Shown here piece after piece: positions 8,396-10,919 of a stretch of 10,919 nucleotides of DNA (its first letter is position 1; each line of letters starts with the position of its first letter). The notes below the pieces were generated by a model. The model was given only the letters and a program-made list of their open reading frames with translations. It was not told the origin of the DNA and ran no database searches. The translations under genes and the position numbers were made by a program. This stretch comes from Octopus sinensis (lineage: Eukaryota): assembly GCF_006345805.1 (NCBI RefSeq), contig NW_021827085.1:1-10919 (forward strand). The letters are read 5' to 3'.

Positions 8396-9021
8396 CTGCT
8401 TGTATTGTCGATATTGTTGCTGCTGCTGCTGCTGCTCCCGTTGCCGATATCGATAATGATGCTGCTGCAGCAGCTGTTCATTATACCGAACTTGTTACTG
8501 TTGCTGTAATGGCCGCCGCCGCCGCCGCTGTAGATATTTATTAATGCATTGGTTGATATTATTATTATTACTATTGCTATTATCGTTAGTAATACTGCTG
8601 TTGTTCAAATTGCTGTCGTTGCTATATATTACCTTATGTTGTTGTCGTTAATTCTTTGGCTTCTAATTGTTGACGTTACCGTTGTTGTCATTGCTGTTCT
8701 TCTGGTCGTCGTTGTCATTGTATCTCTGCTAATTCTCTCTATTCTCGCTGTCACATAGCTTTGTTGCTGTTGCTGTTGCTGTTGTTGTTGTTTCCTGTTA
8801 TATTAGTTTCCTTCAAAGTGCGTCCAAAGCCAGGGAAGTAATTTTTATGTAATAATAATAATTGTTATTCGCTTTTCTTTTCATTGCAGCCACAAGGTCG
8901 ACGGATGGACAATAGTGCAAGGATAAACTGGTGATGATGGTGATGATGATTATCATCTCATCATCATCATCATCATCATAATCATCATCATCATCATTAT
9001 TATTATTATTATATTATTATT
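8396..9021. repeat. Mosaic trinucleotide field (CTG, GCC, ATT, GTT, AAT, GAT, CAT)
   Basis: Successive short arrays of different triplets seen directly, with short non-repetitive spacers. Confidence 0.88.
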
Positions 9022-9569
9022 GAGTGATGAGAGAGCAGTTCAGTTCATGCCATCAAAGTGCACTGGGGTAAAATATAGAAGCCCAATATACCCATCATGA
9101 CTACCCGTCTGATAAAGGTACAGGCACATGCATCACAACCATATGTGCGCGACATGGTGATCTCATATTAAGATAAACAGCACATGACCTTGCAGGTGGG
9201 CCCCCCAGTTAGAATTTCTTCAGGTGAGTAGCCCATCCGCTCAAAACGGTCCCTGAATAAGGGTGTTTAAGGATGTTGAAAGACCATCATGTTTCCAGAG
9301 GTGAACTATTCAAACCCCAAAGAATCCCTCTCAACACATGGCTATGATGCTCCCCATACTTCTGCTTCGTGATCAGAGATGAATATCGTCAGCCACTAAG
9401 GGCATGCTCAATGGTTAAGGTCAAACCAACTGACAAGCAAATCTGTGGTATTGAGCAGAATATTTTGCTGTAGCCCATTTTTATACCAAGACAAAACAAT
9501 GTACATGATAACACTTCCAATCAGTAAGATCAGAAGCCATGAGAGCCACTGCCTGGTACTGCATCGGGC

Positions 9570-9572
<3 letters not shown>
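9022..9572. mobile_element. Unclassified about 550-bp interspersed repeat ('family C'), flanked by (ATT)n on both sides
   Basis: High similarity to a second copy at 9985-10250 (e.g. catgcatcacaaccatatgtgcg and ccttgcaggtggg..cccagttag). No TIRs, Pol III boxes or credible ORF seen; orientation is ambiguous. Confidence 0.75.
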
Positions 9573-9616
<44 letters not shown>

Positions 9617-9659
9617 GTTATTATTATTATTATTGTTATGTTATTGTTATTATATTATT
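9571..9659. repeat. (ATT)n microsatellite
   Basis: Seen directly. Confidence 0.95.
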
Positions 9660-9858
9660 AAGGCGATGAGCTGGCAGAAGCGTTTGCACACAGGGCGAAA
9701 TGCTTAGAGGTATTACGCCCATCGCTACATTCAGAGTTCAAATTTCGCTGAGATCGATTTAAATTTCATCCTTCCGAGGTTGCGTACTGGAGCCAATCTA
9801 ATCGGCTGACCCCCCTTCCCAAAATTTCAGCTTTTGCTGACCTATAATAGAAAAGGTC
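9660..9858 (+). mobile_element. SINE family A monomer with (ATT)n tail
   Basis: aaggcgatgagctggcagaa head, gagttcaaatttcgc B-box region, about 19-nt internal deletion relative to the other copies, terminal tail ...cctataatagaaaagg followed by (ATT)n. Confidence 0.85.
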
Positions 9859-9899
9859 ATTATTATTATTATTATTATATTATCATTTTATTATTATTA

Positions 9900-9930
<31 letters not shown>

Positions 9931-9984
9931 TTATTATTATTATTATTAGTATTATTCATTATTATCTATTATCATGATTTTATT
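9859..9984. repeat. (ATT)n microsatellite
   Basis: Seen directly. Confidence 0.95.
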
Positions 9985-10250
9985 GAGTCGACCCGGACCC
10001 GTTGACAGAGGAGCAGGTGCATGCTATACCCAGCATGACTACCGTCTGATAAGGGTACACCAGCCACATGCATCACAACCATATGTGCGTGACATGGTGA
10101 TATCATATCAAGATAGACAGCGCATAGCCTTGCAGGTGGGGCCCAGTTAGGATTTTCTTCTAGTCGAGTAACCCATCCTGCTCAAAACATCCCTGAATAA
10201 GGATTGCTTAAGGGTGTTGAACGAACCACCCATGTTTCCAAAGGTAAATT
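9985..10250. mobile_element. Family C repeat, second copy, truncated by the L1-like fragment
   Basis: Collinear with 9022 to about 9306, apart from a roughly 38-nt deletion and a short insertion near the left end. It stops after catgtttccaaaggtaaatt. Confidence 0.75.
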
Positions 10251-10264
10251 TTATTGAATAAAAT

Positions 10265-10919
10265 GTGCATCTCTGTACAAAGCGGCTATCCAGCCGCGGA
10301 AGACGGGACCGAAACCACCCGCTCTGAGGACAGCCTCCAAGTATCGATGGTTTACCCTATCCAAATTGATCAGCGCCCCACCCATGCCAGGTTCCTTAAC
10401 TACCCTGTCTATGATGTAGCGCATCAGATGGAGGCTGTCATGGATGTTCCGGCTTGGCACAGCGCACGTTTGCGCCTTGTCGACCAGTTTTTCGATGACA
10501 AGCGTCAACCTCTTGGCTAACTCCTTGGCCAAAATTTTCAAGTCTGCATTAAGCAGAGTGATGGGCTGGTTTAGATCTTTCTTCAGCAGTGTTACGGCTC
10601 CTCGGGTCACAAAACCGGGGATACTCCCGTTTTGCTGCCAGTTGCAGTACACCGCTGCCAAGACGTCTCCAAACAAGTCTGGCATACAACTGTAAAGCTC
10701 GTAGGGTAGACCATCCAAACCCGGCGATTTGACCCTCGAGCATTCTGCCATAACGTCCCGCACTTCCGCCGCCGTGATGGCACCTTCGCAGAGCTCTGCC
10801 TCTCTTGTCGAGAGTCGTGGTAGGCTGTGTAGGTAGGCACTGAAGTCCACCCTACAGTCTTGTCCGCCACTCGTCCCGAACAGTCGGGCAAAATGCTGTT
10901 GAAAGGCCTCACACATTTT
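10265..10919 (-). mobile_element. L1/Tx1-type LINE ORF2 fragment (N-terminal RT), open for 221 codons, continuing beyond the window
   Basis: ORF 10251-10916 contains KSPGLDGLPYELY, PITLLNADLKILAKELAKRL, QTCAVPSRNIHDSLHLMRYII, GALINLD and GFGPVFRGWIAALY, typical of L1-clade RT. The annotated Met is not the true start; the last few codons are junction sequence. Visibly more GC-rich than the flanks. Confidence 0.88.

Noticed and set aside
7725-8758. Long ORFs of 173-257 aa (poly-E/K/R, poly-L/S/F)
   Set aside because: CTT/GAA repeats contain no stops in any frame, so long ORFs are expected. Several frames and both strands are open at once.

Overview
Eukaryotic, AT-rich, repeat-saturated DNA. 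By my interval count, roughly 80% is transposable-element relics or microsatellite. I can support no host gene, RNA gene or CRISPR array, and most ORFs in the track are read-through of simple repeats. The SINE families and the (GATA)n, (TA)n and (ATT)n landscape look like octopus or another cephalopod, but this is recalled resemblance, not a database result. The window contains: (i) five copies of a tRNA-derived SINE ('family A'), one with about 185-bp internal tandem modules; (ii) two copies of a second tRNA-derived SINE ('family B') with an internal (TA)n(TG)n tract; (iii) a decayed Tc1/mariner element with TIRs, TA flanks and inferred DD37D (maT-like) spacing; (iv) a decayed RTE-clade LINE whose upstream part is inverted relative to its 3' part, with three SINEs nested in it; (v) a 1.3-kb triplet-repeat field; (vi) two copies of an unclassified repeat beside (ATT)n; (vii) a stop-free L1/Tx1-type RT fragment that runs off the right edge and ends abruptly mid-RT. 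The best leads are the twin-priming-like RTE inversion, the modular SINE, and the (ATT)n insertion cluster. I see no convincing new host biological system; the findings concern retroelement mechanics.
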